From positions 92,730 to 156,729 of the forward strand of contig NMRA01000479.1 of the NCBI GenBank assembly GCA_002633005.1: a stretch of 64,000 nucleotides of DNA, in the 5' to 3' direction. Source of the stretch: Phoronis australis (Eukaryota; Animalia; Phoronida). The notes below the pieces were generated by a model. That model was given only the letters and a program-made list of their open reading frames with translations. It was not told where the DNA came from and searched no databases. Position numbers and translations under genes: made by a program. Below, one piece after another: positions 12,712 to 25,100 of the stretch (position 1 is the first letter of the stretch; each line of letters opens with the position of its first letter).

Positions 12712-12775
12712 ATGGGAACAGCGTTGAGTCAAGAAGAACGGGCGTACTGTCCAGGGGGTGATTGCCTTACGGAAA
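12712..12775 (+). CDS. Kelch gene exon 1 (MGTALSQEERAYCPGGDCLTE)
   Basis: AAAATGG start context, in-frame TAA upstream at 12703, GTGAGT donor, phase 1. Confidence 0.7.
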
Positions 12776-13063
12776 GTGAGTAATCTTCTATGCTATGCAT
12801 CATGCATGCCAAGAATTGTACATGTGACACAGGCCGACATGGCTTGTCTCAGTTTCCAACTGTAGATACATTATGCACGAGCATTGCTTCTTAAACCACC
12901 TACCAGCCCATGAATCATGCATACAAACAAGAAAATCACGCGTAGAAACCCAAAAGCCACAAGCAGTAACCAGCAAATAACTTAATGTTCATGTATGTGT
13001 GTGTGTGTTTGTGTGTGTGTGAGAGAGAGGGAGGGAGGGAGGGAGGGAGGGAGGGAAGGAGAA

Positions 13064-13107
<44 letters not shown>

Positions 13108-16100
13108 ATTTTTGAGTTTGTATGCATGACTCATGAGTTCGTATGTTTTGTATGTAGTACAGAATTTGTTGAATGCACGACACTTTTCATTGTTCACGGT
13201 CTTTATTCCGTTGCGTTCAAAACTCTACTCTCTACTGAACATAGATACAGTAACTGACCTAGCGACATAATTAAAAGACACACGATATTTCGAAACATAC
13301 TTGTTTCATTCTCACGCATTACTGCGTCATTTTATCTTCACTTGAGAATGAAACAAGTATGTTTCGAAATATCGTGTGTCTTTCAATTATGTCGCTAGGT
13401 CAGTTACTGTATCTATGTTCAGTTGAGAGTAGAGTTTTGTTCAGAAAGTATGAACGCAACGGAATAAAGACCGTGAACAATGAAAAGTGTCGTGCATTCA
13501 ACAAATTCTGTATAACAGAAAACTTGCTCCCGAAGTACAGTCAGTTTGTATGTAGTATGTACGTAAGATGCGATGTTCGTGTTTATGATTCTATGGTACT
13601 CGTGCAACTGCCGATTTATGACTGGTGAATCTGCAGTGACTGTAATAGCGTAAAGACCTCTCTTAGTCACTCGCCTATGAGCAATTGATTGTCTGGTTAG
13701 GATGCTTTTCATTGAAGAGATTTACTGAGTACTGAGTTCAAAACTTGGCACAAGTTGGTTTTTCACTATATGACTCTTGGTAATTGCCTGGCCATTATGT
13801 TGCACATCCAGAATACTGGATGAAGATTACTTTCTAGTTTTGGATTATACAAGTCACATTTCTTGTATGATTTTCAAAATTAAAAAATCTAACCATTTGT
13901 ACTTTTCAAAAGCTATTCAAATACGCCATTCAAAAAACTTCAAAATAAAGGTTTAAGAAATAGCATTTTCACCCGTACTTTTTACAACCATGTTTATAGT
14001 GCTGTCCACACACAGACTTGGCCTTACTCCTGGAACAAGTTGTCGCTAGGTTTAAGTGCTCTTTATTTAAACTAGTGCAAAGTTGCCCCACTTGTGACAA
14101 CTTACTCCACCTTATCAAGGTAGGGTAAGTTGTTCTAGGGTAACTTGGGCCACTTGAAATCACCAGGGCAAGGTGGACTCATCTCTGGCTGTGTCACTCA
14201 TAACATGTTCTCCCCAACATAGCTGGTACTCCTTTGTAAACAAAAAATATTGTTCAAAGGGAGTAAAATATTCTAATGGAACTTTTATATCATGCAGTTA
14301 GCAAAGTGGGAAATGAAACTAAATATAAAAACGAAAGTGGAAAATCAAATATCGTGGAAAGAAACCCAGAATGTGGGCATGTATTTTTGTTTTCTCATAA
14401 TCTCATGTCAGGTTTTGTGGCATTAATTTCTGAAAATATACCACTGATTGTCTAAATTCAGTTTGCCAGTCGATCAAGTAAGTTGGAACTTTCACTTACC
14501 TGATGCTGAAAGTTGCCAGTTGTTGGGCCGTTGGGTAACTATTAGTGTTGAGCCCTGTTGTCAAAGAGTACACAAGGGGCTTCAGCATTCACACACTTTT
14601 TGTTGGTTGACGCCTTTGACCGCAATTGTCCACAAATATAGTAACCTTAGGTCTTTTGGGAATTTGTGGTCACCTGTCGAAGACTTGCACTATGGAAAAT
14701 AGCAATAATAAGGCTTAGCGCGACGACGTATTTTGATAACAATTCCATCTTTTACCAGTTGTTTATATGCGCAAGCGCTACTCAATCACCATTTGTACAG
14801 CAGTGACACCGCGTGGAAAATTCTCCGAATAGCCCCATTAATTGAGTTTTTATGATGTATTTCCAACGTCTCTTGTATTATATTTGCAACAGTTTCGTAA
14901 GATGTTATTACACAATGTCGTCATCTGTGTCTGGGCATCTGGGTGTCTGTTGTCATGTGTCCGCAGCAGGCCTTTATCCAGGATTTCGAAAGTAGGGTGT
15001 CCAAAATGGGGTTCCCAATAATCCAGGGCATCCATAATTCTGACGCGTAACCCCCCACCCCAGCAATCCCCCCAAACACACAGATTTTTTTTACAAAAAA
15101 TGCATAGACCAAGGTTTTTACATCTAAGTTTACAAAACAGCCTTCTGTAGTGAGCATTTTTAATAAAAAATTGGTGTAGATCAAGACTTTCACAATGCTA
15201 TCATCCAAGTGTGAGCGTAGCAGCATTGTATATATACTTTGTATATACATTGTATATTTCTTCCTGCTTTGAAAAAAGAGCCCCCACTGAGCCTTCAGAG
15301 GCTTCCTAGCAATCATTACAATGTGTGTGTTGAAACTTAAAAGGTTCCTATTGACAGTAGGCATCCAAATGATACATTGGGTGTCCTTGCCAGGGTGTCC
15401 ATATTAGTGCTAGGGCATCCATTTGGACGCCCAGGATGTACGCTGCATAAAGGCCTGGTCCGCAGCAGTATCTTAAATGTGAAGGCAACTTTTTTATGTC
15501 ATTTTTAGCAAAAATAAGGTTTGTTGATTATCCCAGACATATTTTTCACTTATTTAATGCTTTTCGTAATTTAATTAATTACTCGTCGTCTACTCCGGAA
15601 GCGACGTTTTGGGAGGCAAGAATTTCGCGCCAATTTCTTTTCATATAGTCTGACTGTGAGAGCAGTCGAGTCAGTCATTGTTCTACCTCGGTTGTGATAA
15701 GTTCTGTCGTCGTTTGCTTTTGCTTACGAGTTGGTCAACATGCCACGCTGTTGCTGCGTACTGGGGTGTACTCATTATCGTCTCACGTACAGAGGAAGAA
15801 CTGTCCCAATTGCCCGAGTGTCCCGCGAGACACTCCCACTGGAGGGTGATCTGAGCACCCAAACTGATTACATCCTGCCGTGTGACTCCCTCGCCACACG
15901 CCTGGGACCTTCTAAATAGCTTCAATACAAGTCCACAATAAACTTATCAATCTTAGGCTCACCGATCTGTTCATTGGATGACGAACTGTCCTCTTCACTG
16001 GGTGTCTAACTGGGCCTGTATTCACTCTCACTACTCAACATTGCTGCAGGGCTGCTTACAGGCTCTGGGCTAGAGACAACAGCACAGGGCGAATCACTGC

Positions 16101-19100
16101 TAGTTCCCGGAATTGCACGCAATAGGGTACGTTCGGAGGCACGGGTAACAGTAGATGAAATGCCTCCAGTCACTGTATATAGAGGCCACAGCTGGCGAGG
16201 CTTCTCACTTCAAAAACGCGCTTCTGGGGGCTGGCGACAGAGTACTGCCGGGATTCAGCAGCATCGGTATGGTACCCTTCTTCAGGCGTTGTTTCGCAGG
16301 GACCTTCATTAATTCAGCGTACATATCTCTGTCGTAATCTGACGGCAGAAAATGCTTGCCACCCACGGTAACCCTTGACTGCTTTGTACGTTGCGTGGAC
16401 GGGTAGCGCTATGTTTTTCACATGAACGAGGTAGCCAAGTACGGTAAAGTGTGTCATCCTTCGGTAAGCAACGCAAGGTACCCAAAGTGCGTATGAGACG
16501 ATAATGAGTACATCCCGGCACGCAGCAACAGCGTGGCATGTTGACTGACTTGGAAACAAAAGCAAACGACGACCGAACTTACCACAACCGAGGTTGAACA
16601 ATGACTGACTCGATAGCTCTCATAGTCAGACTATAATGAAAAGAAATTGGCGCGAAGCTCTTGCCTCCCAAAACGTCACTTCCAAAGTAGAAGACGAGAA
16701 ATTAATCAAATTACGAAAGGCTGTAATTAAGTGAAAAATGGGATAATCAACGAACCTTATTTTTGCTAAATGTGACATGAAAAAAGGTTGCCTTCGCCTT
16801 TAAAACCCCTCACGGGAACTTGATAAGATTTGGCAGATGTGTTCCTATGAAGCCGACGACGAATTTCATACCTTTCTGACTTCAGGTGTGCAGCAAGACA
16901 TCTATTAGTGAGATGACGGTATCCCCCATTTTCAGATGGATTTGAGGTATTTTGCACCACCTTGGGGCCATTTTTACTGTTTTCGAGTTTTTTTGGCGTC
17001 TGCCCCACTGTCAAACAAACCACTCTAAGGATGATTGTGAAAACTGACATATATGATCCTTCTGTGAAGAAGACAGCTGACAATGATTTTCCGACAACTT
17101 CAACGACTTTGACCCCTCCTAGTGGCTGTTTTGTTTGTTTTTGCGCCCATGGCTTTATCTCCTAAATGCTCTACAGGATCCTTATTAAATTTGAGCTAAT
17201 GTATTTAGATGAAGTTGACAACAGACGACAACAACTTTCAGACAGATCGAACCACTGGTTTGCCCCCTAGTGGCAATTTTAGTTTTTTACACTTACCCCT
17301 GTATCTTCAAAGGTCCTCAACGGGTTTCCGTGCAATTTGTTGATTTAAGGTATCTTGCGCCACCTTGTGTTCATTTTTATTCCTTTTGAGTCCCCGCTCT
17401 GTCAACCAAACCTCTCTAAAGACGGTTGTGGAAATTGGCATGCATGTTTCTACTGTGAAGAGGACGGTTGTCGATTGTTTTCTGACAACCTTGGGTTCTG
17501 TTGTGCCTCCTAGTGGCAGTTTTGTTTTATTTACACCCATGGCTATATCTCCCAAACTTTGTGCACGATCTTTATTGAATTTAGCAAGTGTATTTATATA
17601 AAATGTACAACAGTCGGCTATCACTTTCAAGACAAATCCCACAAATGTTGTGTCCCTTTCTGGCAATTTTATTTTTTCCATTTTTCTCTTATTCAAGCTC
17701 GTTGACGGATTTTTATGAAATTTGGTAGTTTCCTTTTGAAACGATGGCATGTTCCTGTTTTCGAATTGATTTGACATATTTTGTGCCATCTAGTACCCTT
17801 TTTCACTATTTTGTAGTCTCTTTTTTGCGTCTGTCCCTCAATCAACCAAATCACTCTAAGTTTCCTCTGTTTCTTTGAGCTTCCTTGATGGATTTTTATG
17901 ATGTTAAAGAAGCATTGCATGTTCCCGTTTTGGGATGGAGTCAACTTATTTTGCACCAGCTAGTGGCCGTTTCTGTGGTACAAGTGAACACTCGTAGAAG
18001 CCCACATTTGCGGTGCCTTTGTGGGCACATTTCAACATTCTGCTCTTGTTTATTTACTAAAGATGTATTTGCAAGTTCCAAACTATGCTAATTTATAACT
18101 AAATGACAATGCTATTTGAACATCATCTATTCCAAATAAAGTGCAGTTGCATGCATTGACAACTTGTAAATAAGTGAAACCAAAAAATTCTGCAAATAGG
18201 TGATCTTTGAACTAATGACGTACGTTGTGGGCTCACATAGCCCGCATCATGCAATGTTATTCCCCAACACCACATCGGGATACTTACTGAACATGGTTGA
18301 GTGATTTATGGCACACCATTTTCGACACAAAACTTGTTCTTAAAAACGTTTGGCAATTTTAAACCTACTTTATATTTACATCATTGGTTGATGTTGTATT
18401 TATAACTAATTTTACCAAGCAATCACAGAGATAAGGAAAATAGAAACATGCAAATTCCACTTTAAAGGTCATAACTTATATTCTAACTGTTGAGTTGAGT
18501 ACACAGCTTTATTAGAACATAGTTTGCTTTGATGGTTACTAATGAAAGTAAACAAGGTATTAGCTGTGGACTATTGAATTCTTATGTAACAGTTTGGTAA
18601 ATAGTTGAAATGTAAACCATGTGTTGTAATGACCATTATATCCACTGACACTGTAGTTCATTTAGGGGGTAACTCAGCAAGTAGAGCTGTTAAAGTATTG
18701 TTTGTATGGAACATTTTATGAAGTTATTGCAGTGGTTGGTTATGATGTCCTAATTCCTAAAGGTATCCTTTCACATTAGGTTGCCATAGGTGACATGAGT
18801 TGCAGAAAACAATGTGTATTTTCGCTGAAACCCGCCAACAGTTACCTGCAAAAATTATTGTCAATTTCTGATGGACAATTGCATTGTTGAATTGCAAAGA
18901 TTTTTTACATTTTGATACCTTTTTATACAATGTAGAGTACACACCAGGTAAATGACAAAGTCAAAATTTTCTTGGTTTTTATTTTTCTAAATAAAGCTAC
19001 CAGGTTTAATGTATTTGTTTCGTGATAACTCATCTGCAGAATTGATTTTAAACATAGAAAGACCTCTCCATTTCCACTGTATATTTATGGACTTACTGTT

Positions 19101-22100
19101 TCTATAGTTACGGTTTGTGGATCTCTTGAGTACACAGAATTAGATGGCTGCCCTTGAACACAGTTTATTTTAACCTTTATGTCTAAGGATTATAGTGATA
19201 ACTGTGCTGCACTGTATTAGCTGTTGCAATTGTGACATTAGCTCAAGTGTTCAACTCTACTCTGACTGGTTGATTGCATACCAACAAACATTTCATTTGT
19301 GAATTGAGTGTTGCATTGGTTATAAACATTTAGTGATTGTCTTAACTGGATAAATAGTTAATGTTGGTTTAACCTTTTGTGAAACCAGAGTTGCATCTTT
19401 CAGTAATTAGAATTGCACCTCCCCTTGCTTAACTGACTGCAACGAAAATAGAAAATTTTAGGCATTTCACTTGTTCTTGTAATATTCCTTACTCTGACAG
19501 AACCCATACCAAAAAAGGCCTTCCTGCAAACACTTGCCGCAAGCTTGCCGCAAAGTTGCGGCAAGCTTGCTGCGAAAGTTTCTGCAAACCAGCCAAAAAC
19601 ACGTAGAATCAACTCTGACCAAAGAGTTGATGCAAATTTCCTGCAACCCCGCCGCAAGCTTGCCGCATGCTTGCCGCATGCTTGCCGCAAACGTGCAGCA
19701 AACTTTTACCATGCAAATGAAGTTTGCCGCAAGCTTGCAGCAAACATCTCTATGTCCTTATATGGAAGTTCCTGCAACCCAGCTGCACACATTGCTGCAA
19801 GCTTGCCGCAAACATCTTCATGGGGTTATATAGAAGTTTCTGCGAACCACCAGAAAAAATTGCTGCAAGACTACAACATACTTGAATTGTGGCATGAATA
19901 ATTTAATGTAGAAATGCCAGCTGACAAATACATAATTTTTTATTGCATGCCCGCTTGTTAAAGCAAGAAAATACACAATCAGCTGCACACTGGATTTAAC
20001 ATGATAATTTTCAATCTGATGTATAATGACTAGAAATGAAAACAAAATCACATTACAATGAACAACAGAAACTATAAAAGTGTCTACAGTGGCTATTAGT
20101 AATAATACTTGAATTACAATCAAAATTGCGTCTTGAGAGAACAACTTGAATGTTTGCAAGCTTTAATTACAATGTACCGAGATGTTTTATTCTTAACGCA
20201 CGACAAAATCTATAATAATTGCAACAATGATGTTATTTACCTGACTAAACTAACAACAGCAACACAGAGCGTTGAAATGCGCCCAACGGTGTGTTTATTA
20301 GCATTGAAAATGGTGCAAAATATGTCGAATGCCAGTGGAGAAAACCATGAAATCTGACTTTCCCCCGTGGAAAGGCATGCTTAGAACAGCATGTCGAGCA
20401 TATTTAAGCATTTAATTTTAAATTAACTCATTACTTGTCAACTGAAAAAAATCACTCTTAACAATTATATAACATATTTATTTTTCCCATGTTCATCTAA
20501 AATACTTGAAAACTGTCGAATACTTCATCGATTACTATTTTTGCTTCCCAATATGGTTTCATGATACATCAGTCTACTGAATGTGCTATCATTGAACTTG
20601 TAGGCCTATGTTGAAATTTGCAATATTTCGACTATAGCGATATCATCCAATAACATCATTCATTTATCTTAGGCGTCAAACATAAATTATATCTTTCCAT
20701 TCTACAACCATGGTGTTGAAAAGAAGAAGGAGGTTATATCCAGTTATAACCATACTAGTGGACGTTCTAAACACATTCTACTCCAGACTAATCTGCATTA
20801 CAGCAATCGGAGGTGTTCCATAGGGTTCATATGGGATGATCGCTAGTGTTTTCATTCATGTTTGTTCGAACCAACCTTGAGATGCTGTGTACGCCATTTG
20901 TTCCGGTGTTTTCAACTCAAACTTGTGGCCTAGTAACCTCTGCAGTGTCTCTGGCTTTCATCAAGTACATTATGTCACTCAATATTCACAAACCTAAAAT
21001 ATGAATGCCATTTCACTTTCCACAAAAAGGCATTTGTGATAGCATTATTAGAATCTCAATTACGTTTTAAGTCAAACTTTTGCTCTTCTGCTTATGTATG
21101 AACAGACAGTTGAACTTGTGTTCAATAGTTTGACTGCAGACTGAGAACTGGCGTATGACTGAAGGTGATGGCAGTTAAAACACCTACCTGTAGTTAAATA
21201 TACAATATGCTAATCTTATTTTGTGCCCAATAGTTACCATGCATTTAACCAAAATAAAAATTTGTTGTTTCTATAGTGAATCAAACAGTCAGAGAGCGAT
21301 GTGAAAATTGACACAAACTTAAGTTTTACAGTCTCAAAATAAAGTGATTATTTTGAAGGACTGGTTACATGTAACTTGACAACGTTTTGGAAACTAGTTG
21401 GTTCTGGTCTCAACCCCAGTTAACTCATTTGAAATCTGTGCTGTACTTTTCCCTAACCATTACAACCTCCAATTTGGATGAATCACTATGAAAGGCAACT
21501 TCCTTTTGTTTGTAAGACCAAAACTACTGATTCATGAATGAAGTCTAAGTAATTTTACTTAACAATCACATCATCATAAATACAATTTTAAATTCAAAAC
21601 TCACATCCATACAGTTCTTCAGTTATCCATGTAGAGTCTAGGCTTTACCAAAACCCTTTGAATTTGGTTCAAATGAAAGGTTATAGGTCACTTCCCAGGC
21701 ATGTAACCTTGACAACCACATGCTTTCCTTGATAAAAGTCCCACCAGATCAACATGTGGCTGGGCTAGCATAATTTAAAAAAACAAGCAACAGCCCTAGA
21801 AGCATTAAACTTTAAGGTAGGTGTATACACTGATCAAATCTCCAGGTTCCTAACTAAAATGAGTAAAAAGGGAGTTTCAACTAGTTAGACATGACTCTGA
21901 AAGTGACAAAAATCGAAAAAAAAAAGTTTTTTGTAGTTCGTTTTTTTAAAAATCATGTTTTTTAATTTTCAAAAAATCCAATTTCACCTCGAATTTTTTT
22001 TTAAATGCACAGGGATCGTCATCAACTGTTTCTTTACGCAATTTTTTACTTATCCATACCAAATATATGTACAAAATCATTATGATCTTGATTTTGTGGC

Positions 22101-25100
22101 ATTTTTTGTGCGTGAGTTGGGGCAAGCACGCCACTTTTTGTCATTTGGTCACTTTCCGTCTTATAACTAAAAATCTGGTTCATTTATCAAAAAACCCTGG
22201 CACGCGATTTTACTTCAGTCCTAGAGGATTTCAAATTTGCAACTTTCGTAAAAATTGACCCACGTGTTGTGGAAAAATAGGCCCGAGAATCTTGTCACTA
22301 TCTTGAAATCACGAGCGGAGAAAAACGGCTTTGAAGTTAAGCGGTCCATTGATAGCCACTTGAGATCAAATTTCGTTCAGAATGCGCGGTCATTATGTTC
22401 CAATTTTTGTTGAAGTACTAGAAATAAAGCTGATATTTACTTCATGTTTAGAAAATGTGACATACCTGTTTGTTTACAGCGTAATTTTAATCATTTTTTC
22501 GAACCTGAGAAGCAAAACGGACGACCAAAACAAGTATGGCTGTAACGTGGGCGGAGCTTAGCATTGATCTATTGTCTGCTGTACTGGTGTGCCGACCACA
22601 CATTAAAACCATGTGTTGATTGTTTATACGATTCATCTGAACTCTCCACTAAGTATAGTAAAAGACACTCTATATGACACCGACCTATTTGTTAGTATTC
22701 CAATATTATCATCAACCAATATATGTGTTATATCAAATCGCCGCGTTACTATCTATTGGCGACGAGGATAAAGAACTACTTTCATAGTAGTGGTTCAACA
22801 TTTTTACGTGCCTGTACCGAATGGACTTTTGAGGTAAGAAAATATCACTTTCTGCGCAAATAGGTTCGCTTGGGTGAGATTCTCAAGTTACTAAAGTTTC
22901 TTATATTGCTTTCCTCTAGAATCATATAATATCATGAGTTTTAATTCAGGGTTACGTTTGAATCTATGCACTAGAAAATTTTTGTTATTTTGAACACTGG
23001 GTCATTTCTCTAATTCTTTGGGTTACAGCCATTGGCAAGTTAAAAAACCCTCTGGGTTTGACAGCCTAGTTTCTCCACGGCGCGTTCCCAGCACAGAAGC
23101 ACGGTTTATCTGCGAAGGCTACTCTGACGGCATGTAGTTGTCAATGTGTCGCGTGCGCGGCTTGTCTTCACAGCGCGTGCATGCACTCTCACCGAATCGT
23201 GCAACACCACCCACGGCGATGCTCAGCGTCCTCTCGCAAGACACCTTACCTCATATTACCGACTTCTCTTTTACATGCACAATTTCTGCACTGACTCCTC
23301 AAGCTGAGTGCAGTGATGGCTTCGGTAGGACTTGGCGTACTTTGCAGATACACAAACGGGCTCAAAACAGGAGCTAGTTCACCATTTCACTACCAACTTT
23401 CACATGGTCAAAAATAGAATTATTTTATTCTTGGTCTTGCTAAAACACCAATATCAGCTGGTACAGCACTCTCGATTGCCCGGTTACGCAATGCTTGTTG
23501 ACAGGGTTAGATTAGAGCTAGTGTCCTTGTATATAAGCTCCGCCCCAGTTGTCAATCACTGACCTGGTGAGCACTCAAGCCATACGACTTACTGAGGCTT
23601 GGTCAAGTATAGCTAAAAAAACAACTTTGGATTTTCAGAATGATTTTATTTTTCTTCAGTATACTGTACATCAAAAATTAAAGATTAGGATGATATGAAA
23701 ATGTAAAAAACAGTCAAAATTATTTTTTTGTGTATCCACCTACCTTAATGTATTCCAAGAGGCATTCCTTGAAAACTGTCCTAGCAGTTCAACATGTAGC
23801 TAGGCTAGTATGATTAAAATGAACAATAACCCTAGAAGCATAAAACAATAATATAAGGACACTAGTGAAATTAAATTTCTTATTTTTTCATAAATAATGT
23901 GGCAGTACCACAAGAATCCCGAGTCATATCCAAGTCCGTACCATAGTTGCTGACAGACAATATTTTGAAAAAATTGTGAGTCTTCACAACATTGCTAAAT
24001 GTCTTTAAAAAATCAAAATGAGTAATTTTTGGCAATTATTTTTGTCCGAAATAGACAACATTTTACTGTAGCTACAGTGGCAGCTACCACCTGATTATGA
24101 GATAATTTCAAATGTTGGAAAAGTACAAATTGCTCTAAATGCTAATACTTGCACATTTGGTAAAACTGGATCATATATTTGTGTATGGTTTGTATTGATA
24201 TTTATTGTGCTTGTTTACACAACATGCAATTAACACTGCCTTTGTTGTTTTAAAGCAATTGCATTTAATATTTTGCTATACTGAATTTGACAGCAGTATG
24301 AAAGTTGAAAACTTGTTAAGTATAGTGACTGAATAAAAAACAAAGTACATACAGATGCAGTTATATTCTCTAGTGTTTTAGGTCGCATTTGGTCATCTTT
24401 GAGCATTTGCTGTTTTTAACAATAAACTTACCCAACAATAGGTCACATTTAGGTAAGTAATCTAAAATAAGTAACTGCCCTGCTTAGGTTCTGGGATTTG
24501 AGATTTCTTTGAAATTTAGAAAATAAAAAACAATTTCACAATTTCTAACATTGTCACAATCTTAATGCTAACACTTTAAACATTGAAGCTTACTGCAAAT
24601 TTCGTGCTAACACTTTTTCACCTATTCCTGAGAACACTTCACCAATAAAGTTTCCTGTAACTTTCCCGCAAACACTTTTTCACCAATAAAGTTTCCTTCA
24701 ACTTTCCCGCAAACACTTTTCAACTATAAAGTTTCCTGCAACTTTCCCACAAACGCTTTTTCAATCACCAAGTTTGCTGCAACAAAAGAAGTTTGCAGCA
24801 ATGTGTGCGGCTGAGTTGCGGGTAGCGGCAAACTCCTGCAAACTTTGTGGCTGGTTTGCTGCAAACAAAATTGTTTGCCGCAAGCTTGCGGCATGTTTGC
24901 TGCAAGATATCATGTTAACCTGCTTCGCCATGGTATGAGCTATATTTTTTATATTTCTATTGTTTCTAGTTCTTCAGAGCAAGGTGTCAACTCTGCGTAA
25001 CTTCTACAACACAATGATTATGCATCACTTTGTCAAAGATTGCTACATTGACAAGGCCACGTTGTAAGTACACTACTATGAGCAATTAATTCACCGTAAC

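Larger units (their letters stand above)
14915..18050 (+). mobile_element. Helentron/HINE-like non-autonomous element interrupted by two insertions
   Basis: Degenerate CTGT/GTCC microsatellite at 14919-14966, CCCTAGTGG-containing core repeats at 16805-17970, 3' stem-loop GCCCACA..TGTGGGC, end TGCTCTTGTT; same family as 34545-35899. Confidence 0.6.

Noticed and set aside
19108-19220. Possible exon ITVCGSLEYTELDGCP followed by TGA (selenocysteine?)
   Set aside because: No donor, another stop follows, no SECIS evidence, and exon 1 already joins 24970 in frame.
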